From the NCBI GenBank assembly GCA_024233675.1, contig JACKPH010000001.1, forward strand, positions 436,682 to 500,681: DNA of 64,000 nt, given 5' to 3'. Below, piece by piece: positions 38,427 through 47,469 of this stretch; positions within the stretch are counted from its first letter, which is position 1, and every line of letters starts with the position of its first letter. A program made the translations under genes and the position numbers. The notes beneath the pieces are model-generated. The model worked only from the letters and a program-made list of their open reading frames with translations, had not been told where the DNA came from and ran no database searches. This DNA comes from Thermotogota bacterium. GTDB lineage: Bacteria > Thermotogota > Thermotogae > Petrotogales > Petrotogaceae.

Positions 38427-40739
38427 ATGAAAAAAAGCAGATGGTTTAATAAATTCGGAAACAAAATAGGTATTTATATGCTGTTACTTTCTTTAATTCC
38501 TGCTTTAATATTTGTTTTTTATTTTACTGAAACAGTTTCTGCAAGATCTTCGGAAAGTGAAAAATCTATATCCGGCTCAATAAATATTATGAAGAATCAG
38601 TATGAAGAAAATATATCACAGTACAATATTTCCGTAAAAAATCAGATTGAAAATTATAATGATTATATTTCAGATGAAATATCGGATATAGAATCAGATA
38701 TTTCCGCAAAACTTGAAAATACTTATGTAGAATCTTTCGATAATAACCTTGAAATACTTTCCGGTGTTGTAAAAAATTATATAAGTAATCAAATTTCACA
38801 GATGATAAAATCAGGAAAATTAATGGCTTCAGATAGAAATTTACAGGAAAAATCAGCTTCAAAAACAATATCAATAATAGATAAATATAATCTTCTCGAA
38901 CCTTTTGTAAATTCACAGGAATATTCCGGTATACAATTATGGATTTCAAATCCTAAAACGGGTACAAAAAATGACAGAATAGACCTTGAATTAAACGGAA
39001 AAAATTATATTGTACAGAAAAAAGCCGAAACATATTATGCAGGATCAGATTCAGTAAAAAGTCTTGATATAAAGTATTTACTTGAAAAACCATTTTCTGA
39101 GTATCTCAGCGGTAATAATCTTTATCCTATGGTAAAAACGGTTTCAGTTGATAACAATCCTTATTTTCTCGGAATTTTTCCTGTTGTTGATCCTATAGCT
39201 TCAAATACTGTTAATTCTTTTCTCGTAATTTTAAATCAGTTTAATTATCAGAGTATAATAGATATTTCCTCTCTTATAAATTCTTATACGGCTGTTTATA
39301 CAAATGATATGAAACCTCTTTATTCAAATATTCCTCAGGATCTTCTGAATATAAACGATGAAAAAATTGAAAAACAATATATTTATGAATCCTATTTCGG
39401 TAAAAATATGCGTTCATACTATACAAAAATAGATTATTTTGACGGAATGTACGTACAGATTTCAAGAATATTCAGCGATTTTAATACAGAAATTGAAATT
39501 CCTCTTAAAACGGAAATAAAACTTCCGGAACTCATAGTTAAAACACCTGATATTTCAATAAAATTAGGAATTGAAGAACTTATAAAAAACTCAGTAATAG
39601 GTCTTATTGTGCTGATAATAATAATAACATTGATTTCAGTATATATAAGCAGAAATTTTTCTTCTAATGTTGAAAATATTACTAAAAATCTTGAAAAAAT
39701 TTCAAACGGCAATTTAACGGGTTTTGAAATAAGTATGAAAAACAGAAATTCAAAAAATGAATTCGGTTTTATGTCAAGAACACTTCAGTATACAGCTGAA
39801 TCAATAAAAAATATGATAACAAATCTCATACATGAAACTGAAAAATTAATAGATTCTTCGGCTACTGTAGATAAAAAATCAAAAGACCTTGAATTAACAC
39901 AGAAAAAATTAAACAAAGTACTCACAAATAATGAAGAAGTTGACTCTCTTATAAGTGAAATGACTCAGAGAATTTCCGAAAATATAGAAATTCTGATAAA
40001 AAGTTCTGATGATGTTTATAATTCAACGCTTAAAATGTCAGAAATTTCCGGTAAAAATGTACAGTTTTCTGAAGAAGGCAATGATATTGTAAATTCAATA
40101 GAAAAAACATCGGAAAATGTTTTTTCCGTAATGCAAAAAACAAATACAGGAATAAGAAAATTTTCTGATAATGTAATAAAAATATCTGATTTTGTAAAAA
40201 ATATATCAGAAATAGCAAAACAGACAAACCTTCTTGCTCTTAACGCATCAATAGAAGCATCACGTGCAGGCGAAGCCGGAAAGGGTTTTGCGGTAGTAGC
40301 AGATGAAATAAGAAATCTTTCCGGAGAAACATCACAGACCGCATCAGGAATTTCGGAAGTAATGGAAAATGTTTTAAAACAGCTCGATCTTCTTGTAAAA
40401 GATATTGAAAATTCAAATTCAGAAATAACGGATTTAAACAATTCAATAGATAAATTTAAAACCGGATTCAGTTATCTTAAAAATTCATCACTCAGTGTCA
40501 GGGAAGTATTATATTCATTAAATATATCCATAGAAAATCAGAACAGCATAATAAATGATTTCGGTAAAAATATAAATATTATACAGAATAAAATGAATTC
40601 GGCAACACAACAGATAAAAGAAACAAAAAAAGATATACTGAAAGAATCAGATGCAATTAATTCCTTACTTGTTCATGTAAAAATACTCAACAATATTTCA
40701 GATAATCTAAGCAGTGAAACCAAAAGATTTAAAATATAA
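38427..40739 (+). CDS. Methyl-accepting chemotaxis protein with a large (about 350 aa) unclassified extracytoplasmic domain
   Basis: The signalling hairpin [34 protein letters not shown] is present. It is preceded by two TM segments and a HAMP-like segment. Confidence 0.9.
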   Translation: MKKSRWFNKFGNKIGIYMLLLSLIPALIFVFYFTETVSARSSESEKSISGSINIMKNQYEENISQYNISVKNQIENYNDYISDEISDIESDISAKLENTYVESFDNNLEILSGVVKNYISNQISQMIKSGKLMASDRNLQEKSASKTISIIDKYNLLEPFVNSQEYSGIQLWISNPKTGTKNDRIDLELNGKNYIVQKKAETYYAGSDSVKSLDIKYLLEKPFSEYLSGNNLYPMVKTVSVDNNPYFLGIFPVVDPIASNTVNSFLVILNQFNYQSIIDISSLINSYTAVYTNDMKPLYSNIPQDLLNINDEKIEKQYIYESYFGKNMRSYYTKIDYFDGMYVQISRIFSDFNTEIEIPLKTEIKLPELIVKTPDISIKLGIEELIKNSVIGLIVLIIIITLISVYISRNFSSNVENITKNLEKISNGNLTGFEISMKNRNSKNEFGFMSRTLQYTAESIKNMITNLIHETEKLIDSSATVDKKSKDLELTQKKLNKVLTNNEEVDSLISEMTQRISENIEILIKSSDDVYNSTLKMSEISGKNVQFSEEGNDIVNSIEKTSENVFSVMQKTNTGIRKFSDNVIKISDFVKNISEIAKQTNLLALNASIEASRAGEAGKGFAVVADEIRNLSGETSQTASGISEVMENVLKQLDLLVKDIENSNSEITDLNNSIDKFKTGFSYLKNSSLSVREVLYSLNISIENQNSIINDFGKNINIIQNKMNSATQQIKETKKDILKESDAINSLLVHVKILNNISDNLSSETKRFKI

Positions 40740-40744
40740 AAAAA

Positions 40745-40774
40745 ATAAGGTCAGGTTAAAAAACCTGACCTTAT
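40745..40774. terminator. Bidirectional terminator
   Basis: A 13-bp stem ataaggtcaggtt pairs with aacctgaccttat. It is flanked by A and T runs. Confidence 0.65.
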
Positions 40775-40781
40775 TTTTATT

Positions 40782-41381
40782 TTATCGGAACGATACTGTC
40801 GGTGCAAAATTAAATTCTACAGTAAACTGATATCCTTCTTCTGTTGCCGATATTTTTTTTGCATCAAGTCTCGGATCTGCTTTAACATCTGCATTTAATC
40901 TGAAATCCCTGAATGAAAGAGTTCCGTCGTTGTTAACTGTTATATCAGGATTGTAAATTCTTCTCATTACAAAATAATTACCGTTATCCTGAACAATTGC
41001 ATTTAAATCTTCTGTATTATCTTCATAAAGGAAACTGAGTTTTTCAATAGTAAGGTATGCTTCGCCGTTCTGACCTTTTATAGGTATTTTAGGTATTGTT
41101 ATACTCATATCAACTTTTGAATTTGAACCAACATTGAATTTAACAAGATTAAGATTTTCCGTTTCTCCCGGTTTTTCAATTGTTATTGTCTGTCCTTCTG
41201 CATCAGCAAATATCCACTGATAAACCTGAACTTTTACGGTTGCATTTTTATTTACGCTCTGATTAGAATCAAAACTGTTTACACTGAATGTTTTTGCAAA
41301 TAAAAACATTGAAAAAGTCAAAATAAAGGAAACTACCAATAATTTTTTCATATTAAAACCTCCATAATATAATTTTTTCAT
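40782..41381 (-). CDS. Secreted hypothetical protein (beta-rich, no recognised family)
   Basis: The signal peptide is MKKLLVVSFILTFSMFLFA. Two in-frame ATGs (41381 and 41351) each have their own GGAGG because of a 30-bp duplication. The track's ATG 41411 has no SD. Confidence 0.6.
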   Translation of the reverse strand: MKKLYYGGFNMKKLLVVSFILTFSMFLFAKTFSVNSFDSNQSVNKNATVKVQVYQWIFADAEGQTITIEKPGETENLNLVKFNVGSNSKVDMSITIPKIPIKGQNGEAYLTIEKLSFLYEDNTEDLNAIVQDNGNYFVMRRIYNPDITVNNDGTLSFRDFRLNADVKADPRLDAKKISATEEGYQFTVEFNFAPTVSFR

Positions 41382-41400
41382 ATTAAAACCTCCATAATAT
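41341..41400. repeat. Perfect 30-bp tandem duplication carrying SD plus ATG
   Basis: The unit aattttttcatattaaaacctccataatat occurs twice. On the minus strand it reads ATATTATGGAGGTTTTAATATGAAAAAATT. Confidence 0.95.
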
Positions 41401-41621
41401 TTTTTATTCATTGTTATTTTAATATAAAATATTAAATTAAATAGTATGTATGTTAAAAAATTTTTTCAATTATATGAATATTTAATTTAATTTTAACTGA
41501 AATTCATATTGTGCTTATGACAAAAAAAATACATTATAAGACATTTTGTCCGCATTTTTATATTTTATTTAATATTTAATGTATAATTGGAATAATAAAA
41601 ACATAAAAGGGAGGATACTTT

Positions 41622-42299
41622 ATGAAAAAAATTATTTTATCGGTTTTATCTTTATTAATCATTTTTACAGCATTTTCTGCATCTTCTGTTACACCGTCAG
41701 GAAATCTTATAAAAAACGGCCACATTTCTGTTGATTTATTTAATCCTTCACCTGCAATAAGAATGGGACTTTTCGGATTTCTGGAAACAGGTGTAAGTGT
41801 TCAGGAAGACGGGGCATACATTAAAATAGGTTTTAACGATATACAGAATATTCCTGTTTACTTTAACGCCGGATATTCAAATGCATTCGGATCATCAGGA
41901 AATTTTTTTACAACTGTCGGATATACAGGTAATTTATTTGAAATAGGCGGAGGAGTAGGATTAAAACAGTATGAAAGAGCATTTTACAGTGAAGAAGATA
42001 AAGATTATTATTACGGATTTTTAAAAACACGTGTAATATTCAGATCAGATGAAATACTTTCAAATTCAATTTCATTTGAAAGTAAAATAAATTTCGACAC
42101 TGAAATAACTAAGCCTATTAATTACTTATTTACAGTTTACGGAATTCAGACATTCAAAAAAGGTATTTTATTTCTGAACAATGTAGACGTTTACGGAGGA
42201 CTTATTTTTAATTCAACTACTATCGAACTTTCACAGATTAATATAATAAAAGATATAAACATAATACTCGGTATAACAACAGAGTTTACACTTTTTTAA
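41622..42299 (+). CDS. Hypothetical secreted protein, possible small outer-membrane beta-barrel
   Basis: A signal peptide is present, with alternating hydrophobic/polar strands rich in G/Y. The C-terminus ends TTEFTLF, an aromatic terminal residue as in OMP signatures. Confidence 0.45.
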   Translation: MKKIILSVLSLLIIFTAFSASSVTPSGNLIKNGHISVDLFNPSPAIRMGLFGFLETGVSVQEDGAYIKIGFNDIQNIPVYFNAGYSNAFGSSGNFFTTVGYTGNLFEIGGGVGLKQYERAFYSEEDKDYYYGFLKTRVIFRSDEILSNSISFESKINFDTEITKPINYLFTVYGIQTFKKGILFLNNVDVYGGLIFNSTTIELSQINIIKDINIILGITTEFTLF

Positions 42300-42330
42300 A
42301 AATTCAGATTTTATATCTGAATTTTTTTTT
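42299..42330 (+). terminator. Rho-independent terminator
   Basis: Stem aaaattcagat pairs with atctgaatttt around a 5-nt loop and is followed by a T-run. Confidence 0.55.
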
Positions 42331-42412
42331 GATATTCGGTAAAATATTTAAAGCTTAACATCAAATCTGATAAAATATAAACTGTATATCATAAAAAGAG
42401 AGGGGTATAAAA

Positions 42413-42994
42413 TTGAAAAATTCAGAACTGGTTGTTATTGTTGGTCCAATGTATTCGGGTAAAACATCGGAACTTATTTCTTATGTTGAAATATATTCTC
42501 TCGGCAGAAAAAAATTTAAGGCATTTAAACCTCTTATAGATGACAGGTATGATAAATCTTTTATTGTTTCTCATACAAATACAAAAGTTGAGGCAGTTAA
42601 TATTAAATCTCCCGAAGAAATAACGGATTATATAGACGGTGACGAAAAAGCTGTTTTTATAGACGAAATACAGTTTTTTGATGAAAGTTTAAAAAATATT
42701 GTAAATAAACTTTTAAAAATGGATATAAACGTTTATTGTTCAGGACTTGACTTATCATTTAAGAACAATACTTTCAAAACAACAACTGAAATAATGGGAT
42801 ATGCCGACAGAGTTATAAAAAAGAAAGCCGTCTGTCATGAATGCGGTGAGTATAATGCGACAATATCATATAAAAAACCTGATGAAGAAAACAGTGAAAT
42901 AGATGTAGGCGGATTTGAAAAATATATAGCTGTCTGCAGGGATTGTTATGAAGAATTAAAACAAAAAGAGAATATGGCAAAATTATTTGACTGA
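42413..42994 (+). CDS. tdk: Thymidine kinase
   Basis: The P-loop is GPMYSGKTSE, and a zinc ribbon (CHECG...CRDC) is present. TTG start after AGAGGGG. Confidence 0.92.
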   Translation: MKNSELVVIVGPMYSGKTSELISYVEIYSLGRKKFKAFKPLIDDRYDKSFIVSHTNTKVEAVNIKSPEEITDYIDGDEKAVFIDEIQFFDESLKNIVNKLLKMDINVYCSGLDLSFKNNTFKTTTEIMGYADRVIKKKAVCHECGEYNATISYKKPDEENSEIDVGGFEKYIAVCRDCYEELKQKENMAKLFD

Positions 42995-43023
42995 AAATAC
43001 ATGTTTTAAACATGTATTTTTTT
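42995..43023 (+). terminator. Rho-independent terminator after tdk
   Basis: Stem aaatacatg pairs with catgtattt and is followed by a T-run. Confidence 0.6.
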
Positions 43024-43098
43024 ATGTTAAATTCATATTTCTGAAATTTAAATTAAAGTGATACAATATTAATATAACTTTGAAAAGGGGGGTGTTTT

Positions 43099-44181
43099 AT
43101 GAAAAAAATAATATTTATAGGTATTATTTTTATACTGACTTTCGGTCTTTTTTCATGTATAGATATAAATATTCTTCTGCCAGATAATCCAAATAATAAT
43201 GACAAAAGCGGTGATTTTTACAGATATCTTTATACAATGTACAATAAAGGCGGCACATCTGATTTTAATACGATAAAAACATCAGCGGATAATCCTTCAT
43301 ACACAAACGATGACAATGTACTTGAGTTTTATAAATATTTTAAAGGCGAAATTTCGCTTATACAGCTCGGAACAAGACTTCCTTTTGACGATACTGATAT
43401 GCATTATGACGAAAGAATTCAGAATTATATGCTTAATTATTATGATAATTATGCAAAAAATAACAGTAACACAGATTGGTTTATTGACCATTTTGATGAG
43501 GAAGTACCTGTTAACCCCTCTAACACAGATAAAAATTTTGATTATTTAAATATTTCTCTTATTACAGAATATACAGGCCGTACAGCTCTTGTACAAAGGG
43601 TTTATGATTTAATAAAAAGAGATTATGTATCAACTTCTTCTTATGTTTTCGGTGAATGGTTCAGACATTATTTTCCGAAGAAAACTCTTACTGATTCTGA
43701 GATTTTAAAATATGCCCGGTATATTACGGATATTTGTTATACATATACAAATTCAGGTCTTGATGTACCTGTTCTTAAGCAGTCTTCGTCAGATCTTTGG
43801 AATCAGGGAAATTACGGGTTAAAGTTTGAAAATATTTCAGCGGAATATCTTCTTGCTCTTATGTATCAGGAATCAAGATTTTTCCCCGGTTCTTACAGGG
43901 CAGAGGTTATTAATAATAATATATATGCTGTTTCATTCGGTCTTACCCATAATCTTATAGATGCTGATTATCTTTATGAGATTGCTAACGGTACTGATAT
44001 AGGAAATTCTACTACTAAAGACAGAAGAAATTTTATGATTATTTCTGAATTTTATTTCGGTAATACCTCAGAAACAGAAGACTATTTTTCTGACTGGGAT
44101 TTAATGACTGTAAGAGGGTCTGTTCTTTATACACTTATTTACAGTGAGTTATGTTATAGGAAATTATCTTTTTCTATGTAG
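43099..44181 (+). CDS. Lipoprotein with a divergent lytic-transglycosylase-like (SLT) motif
   Basis: Lipobox LFSC. The segment LLALMYQESRFFPGS...SFGLTHN resembles the SLT catalytic ES...GLMQ region but is divergent. Confidence 0.45.
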   Translation: MKKIIFIGIIFILTFGLFSCIDINILLPDNPNNNDKSGDFYRYLYTMYNKGGTSDFNTIKTSADNPSYTNDDNVLEFYKYFKGEISLIQLGTRLPFDDTDMHYDERIQNYMLNYYDNYAKNNSNTDWFIDHFDEEVPVNPSNTDKNFDYLNISLITEYTGRTALVQRVYDLIKRDYVSTSSYVFGEWFRHYFPKKTLTDSEILKYARYITDICYTYTNSGLDVPVLKQSSSDLWNQGNYGLKFENISAEYLLALMYQESRFFPGSYRAEVINNNIYAVSFGLTHNLIDADYLYEIANGTDIGNSTTKDRRNFMIISEFYFGNTSETEDYFSDWDLMTVRGSVLYTLIYSELCYRKLSFSM

Positions 44182-44233
44182 TTTATTATTTTTTACTATT
44201 ATTATTTATTAGATGATATAGAAGAAGATGTGA

Positions 44234-44514
44234 TGTTGAAAGTTCAAAACTTATTATAATACTTTTTAAAAGGGGATTTTTTTATGTTGTTAATTATAAA
44301 AGTTTTCATTTTTTTATAAACTTTATAATGTTTATAACTTTTATTTATTATTTATATATATTTTTTTGTTGATAATTATATTTTTCAACACTGAGTTTTT
44401 GATAAAAAGTTGAAAAAATTGTTCATAAATAAATTATCAACATATATATCAACATTATTTATGTTCTTATCTTCTGAATAAGTTATTTTATAAGTTTTTC
44501 AGAAGTTATCAACT
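44234..44514. promoter_or_regulatory. Cluster of DnaA-box-like 9-mers (TTATCAACA family) with an adjacent A/T-only stretch. It is either a candidate oriC or a regulatory array.
   Basis: The exact coordinates of the eight sites are listed in the findings. No ORF of meaningful length lies in the 363-bp gap. Confidence 0.35.
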
Positions 44515-44544
44515 TTGAACGTAATTAAGTTGACAGGGGGATTT

Positions 44545-45672
44545 ATGAAAAAACTTTATAAAATTATATTAAAGGATAAAATCAGTGATGATGTTTATAA
44601 ATCATATATCATAATGAGTGGTCCGGAATTAAGGGAACTGTATAATTTTCCGGACCATGAAGTTATGTATATTAAAGAAAAAGGTTTTTCTCCGGGAAAA
44701 CTTAAAATAAAAAAAATGTATGAACTTTGTCAGAGAATATATCTTTTGTGCGAATCGGGGTACGGAATATATAAAACAGTTCAGTATATAGTTATGAACG
44801 AAGATGTTGATAAGTTTATACGTGCGGTTATGTTCAGGGTATTTCTTAATTTTAAATCCGGAATGTCTGTAAATAAAGCTTTTGATGTCGGGGAATTTGA
44901 TGAGTATTTCATATACAGTCTTAAATTTGTTGTTAATGAGAATACACTTGTTAATATTTTCCGTGAACTTAACGAGTATTATCTTAATTTTCAGAGAATA
45001 AAAAATGAAATTTTTAAAGCAATGCTTTATCCCTTTATATTACTCTTTTCTGTTATCGTACTTCTTGTTTTTCTTAATTTTTATTTTATCCCTTCTCTTT
45101 CCCGTCTCTACGGGTATGATATAAACCTTTGTTTTTCACGAATAGTACAAAATAGTGTTTTTATTATTTTTTTTATTATGTTTATAAACTTTATAGTTCT
45201 TTTTATAAATGACTGTATTTTTGTAAAAATTCCTGTTTTCGGAAAAATGTACAAAAATTATGTACTTTATATTTTTACACGAAATATAAGTGTTCTTACA
45301 AAAAACGGAATACCTATTTTCGACGCTTTTGAAAAAGTTATCGACAATACCCGTTCAAAATATATATTATCTGTTTTTTTAAGTGTTTATGAGTCTGTTG
45401 TAAAAGGCGAAAATATTGAAAATGTTTTTAAACACAATAATAAAATAAAAGAATTTTCAATTGCCGTAAGTATTTCAAATAAAAAAGGAAATTACGGTGA
45501 AGTTTTTGATTTTCTATGCAAAAATTACTACAGTTCTTTTAAAAACAGTACGGATAAAATTTTAAAAGTTACTGAGCCTTTTTTTATTCTTGTAATTTCA
45601 GCTGTTATTTTAAGCATTGTATACGATATTTATTCCGGAATTTTTTTGGGGGGGATGTTTATTGAAAATTAA
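44545..45672 (+). CDS. Type II secretion/type IV pilus platform protein (GspF/PilC/ComGB family)
   Basis: Two T2SSF-like repeats, each ending in TM segments (FKSGMSVNKAF..; LTKNGIPIFDAFEKV..). The start is moved to ATG 44545 after GGGGGA. Confidence 0.8.
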   Translation: MKKLYKIILKDKISDDVYKSYIIMSGPELRELYNFPDHEVMYIKEKGFSPGKLKIKKMYELCQRIYLLCESGYGIYKTVQYIVMNEDVDKFIRAVMFRVFLNFKSGMSVNKAFDVGEFDEYFIYSLKFVVNENTLVNIFRELNEYYLNFQRIKNEIFKAMLYPFILLFSVIVLLVFLNFYFIPSLSRLYGYDINLCFSRIVQNSVFIIFFIMFINFIVLFINDCIFVKIPVFGKMYKNYVLYIFTRNISVLTKNGIPIFDAFEKVIDNTRSKYILSVFLSVYESVVKGENIENVFKHNNKIKEFSIAVSISNKKGNYGEVFDFLCKNYYSSFKNSTDKILKVTEPFFILVISAVILSIVYDIYSGIFLGGMFIEN

Positions 45673-46057
45673 GGAAGGTTTTATTATATTTGAACTTTCG
45701 GTTTCTCTTTTTATTGAAATTATACTTTTTTTAGGTGTAAGTGTATTTACTTTATACGGATTAAGTAATTATATTTCAAAAATGGGGGATATGTCTGCAT
45801 CTTCGGAAATGATAAATCTTATAAGACTGAAATCTTCTTTAAATCCCTCAGGTAAACTAACAAATCTTTCTCTGAAAAAAATCAGAACAGAAAATGTAAG
45901 CAGGGAAAGTTATTACTATTTTAAAATAGGAAATTCACTCAGTTATCTTGATTTTTATGACGGTAAACTGAAGTCTCCCGGAGGTAATATTACAGATAAA
46001 AATATGAAAATTATTTTTAATATTGTTCCGGTAACCGGGGCGGTAACACTGCCATGA
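45662..46057 (+). CDS. Pseudopilin/type IV pilin-like protein
   Basis: TTG 45662 lies after GGGGGGGA. The product begins (M)KIKEG|FIIFELSVSLFIEIILFLGV, which is a class III signal (G-F-x-x-x-E) plus a hydrophobic helix. Confidence 0.65.
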   Translation: MKIKEGFIIFELSVSLFIEIILFLGVSVFTLYGLSNYISKMGDMSASSEMINLIRLKSSLNPSGKLTNLSLKKIRTENVSRESYYYFKIGNSLSYLDFYDGKLKSPGGNITDKNMKIIFNIVPVTGAVTLP

Positions 46058-46509
46058 TAAAAATAAAAAATAACAGAAAAATATATTTTTCTGATTTTTT
46101 TAACTGTTTTATAGTAAAAACAAAAAATGAATATGAGCTTAAAAAAATGTATTTTTCAAAAATTAAATCAGGATATATGGATTATAAAGTTTTTAATGAA
46201 ACTGATGAAAATACTTATTTTCTTATTTACTCAAAAAAAGATTATATAAAGATAAAATACAGTATTTTTTTTGATTATTTTATACCTCTTCAGTTTCTCG
46301 TATGTGATGATTTACTGAAAAGTAAAAAGGGTAAATACATTTATTCATATAATTATATAAATTTTGAATTTATAAGGGATGAAAAATATTTTTATTCCGG
46401 AGTTTATACTGAAAAAAAAGACAGTGCGGAAATATTAAACTACGGTATACTGAGAGAAAAACTGAAAAATATAGCCGAAGGTGATTTAAATGATTTATAT
46501 AAAATCTGA
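46054..46509 (+). CDS. Hypothetical protein (soluble, 151 aa) in the pilus operon
   Basis: The start overlaps the upstream stop (ATGA). No motif was recognised. By position it resembles PilM, but it is far too short. Confidence 0.5.
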   Translation: MIKIKNNRKIYFSDFFNCFIVKTKNEYELKKMYFSKIKSGYMDYKVFNETDENTYFLIYSKKDYIKIKYSIFFDYFIPLQFLVCDDLLKSKKGKYIYSYNYINFEFIRDEKYFYSGVYTEKKDSAEILNYGILREKLKNIAEGDLNDLYKI

Positions 46510-46891
46510 AGGAAGAAAATTTCTCAGGATATTTTTTGATATTTTAACTGTTATATTTATTATTTTAATTTTATACACTGCTTTTTTGAAATATTCAGAT
46601 TATTTAAAGAATAAAAAAGAAATTTCAGAGAAATATACCGAGTATATTCAGTATAAAATCAAGGCTCAGGATCAGAGAAAGGATATAGCTGAATTTTTAG
46701 GTTTTCTTTCGGATAACGGTTTAAAAATTATAAGTTTTGAATATAACCGATTCGGAGGAATTTACTGTAAAGCTTTTTCTGATATGGAAACAGGTAAACA
46801 GATAAAAACAAAGTATGAAATAAAAGAAATATCAAAACTTGATTTTAAAGAACACTCTTTTATAATATTTGAAATAAAATTCGGAGGATGA
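46490..46891 (+). CDS. Hypothetical bitopic membrane protein (PilN/PilO-like by position)
   Basis: A good SD (GAAGGTGA) is present and the gene overlaps the upstream gene by 20 nt. It has a single N-terminal TM segment (FFDILTVIFIILILYTAF). Confidence 0.5.
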   Translation: MIYIKSEGRKFLRIFFDILTVIFIILILYTAFLKYSDYLKNKKEISEKYTEYIQYKIKAQDQRKDIAEFLGFLSDNGLKIISFEYNRFGGIYCKAFSDMETGKQIKTKYEIKEISKLDFKEHSFIIFEIKFGG

Positions 46892-47469
46892 TTTTTTTGA
46901 AAACAAGAATAATAATTCTTATAATTTTATCTTTAATTTTTTTATTTGTTAATAAAATCAGTTTTAAAAATGAAAAAAATGATTTATATATAAAAAGTTT
47001 TGAAAATTATGAATCTCCGGCAGAAGAAAAAGAAAATACAAAAATAATAACAGAAAAAATAATTTCGTCCGAAGATATTATTGAAAAACTAAGTATTGAA
47101 AGAAATAATTTCAGCATAGTATCAGTAGAAGAAAATTTTTCCGTAAAATATGAAAGTCTTTCGGTTAAAGATTACAGAAAAGAAGAAAATTTTATATGTG
47201 ATACGGTATTACCGGATAATATTTTTGAAAAATACAGTTTAGATGTTTATGAAATATGGGATATAAAAGACAGATTTAATAATTATACATATTTAAAATT
47301 TGCCGGAAAAATGAAAAAAAATGATATATATTACGGACTTATTTATTTTGAAAATAATCTTATGTATGTAAAAGAAAAAGATTTTTTGGGTGATATGGAA
47401 ATAATAAAAATATTCAGTGACGGAATGCTTCTTATGTCATCTGATAATGAATTTCTGGTGGTAATATGA
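46888..47469 (+). CDS. Hypothetical bitopic membrane protein (PilO/PilP-like by position)
   Basis: The start overlaps the upstream stop (ATGA). It has a single N-terminal TM segment (IIILIILSLIFLFV). Confidence 0.5.
   Translation: MIFLKTRIIILIILSLIFLFVNKISFKNEKNDLYIKSFENYESPAEEKENTKIITEKIISSEDIIEKLSIERNNFSIVSVEENFSVKYESLSVKDYRKEENFICDTVLPDNIFEKYSLDVYEIWDIKDRFNNYTYLKFAGKMKKNDIYYGLIYFENNLMYVKEKDFLGDMEIIKIFSDGMLLMSSDNEFLVVI

Noticed and set aside
41341-41400. The 30-bp repeat considered as a possible CRISPR or minisatellite
   Set aside because: There are only two directly abutting copies with no spacers, and no cas genes. The repeat is a duplication of a translation-initiation region.
44284-44319. 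An 11-codon ORF (MLLIIKVFIFL) after an AGGGGA in the candidate origin region
   Set aside because: It is too short and purely hydrophobic, and such ORFs are expected by chance in A/T-rich DNA. I kept it only as a remote possibility.
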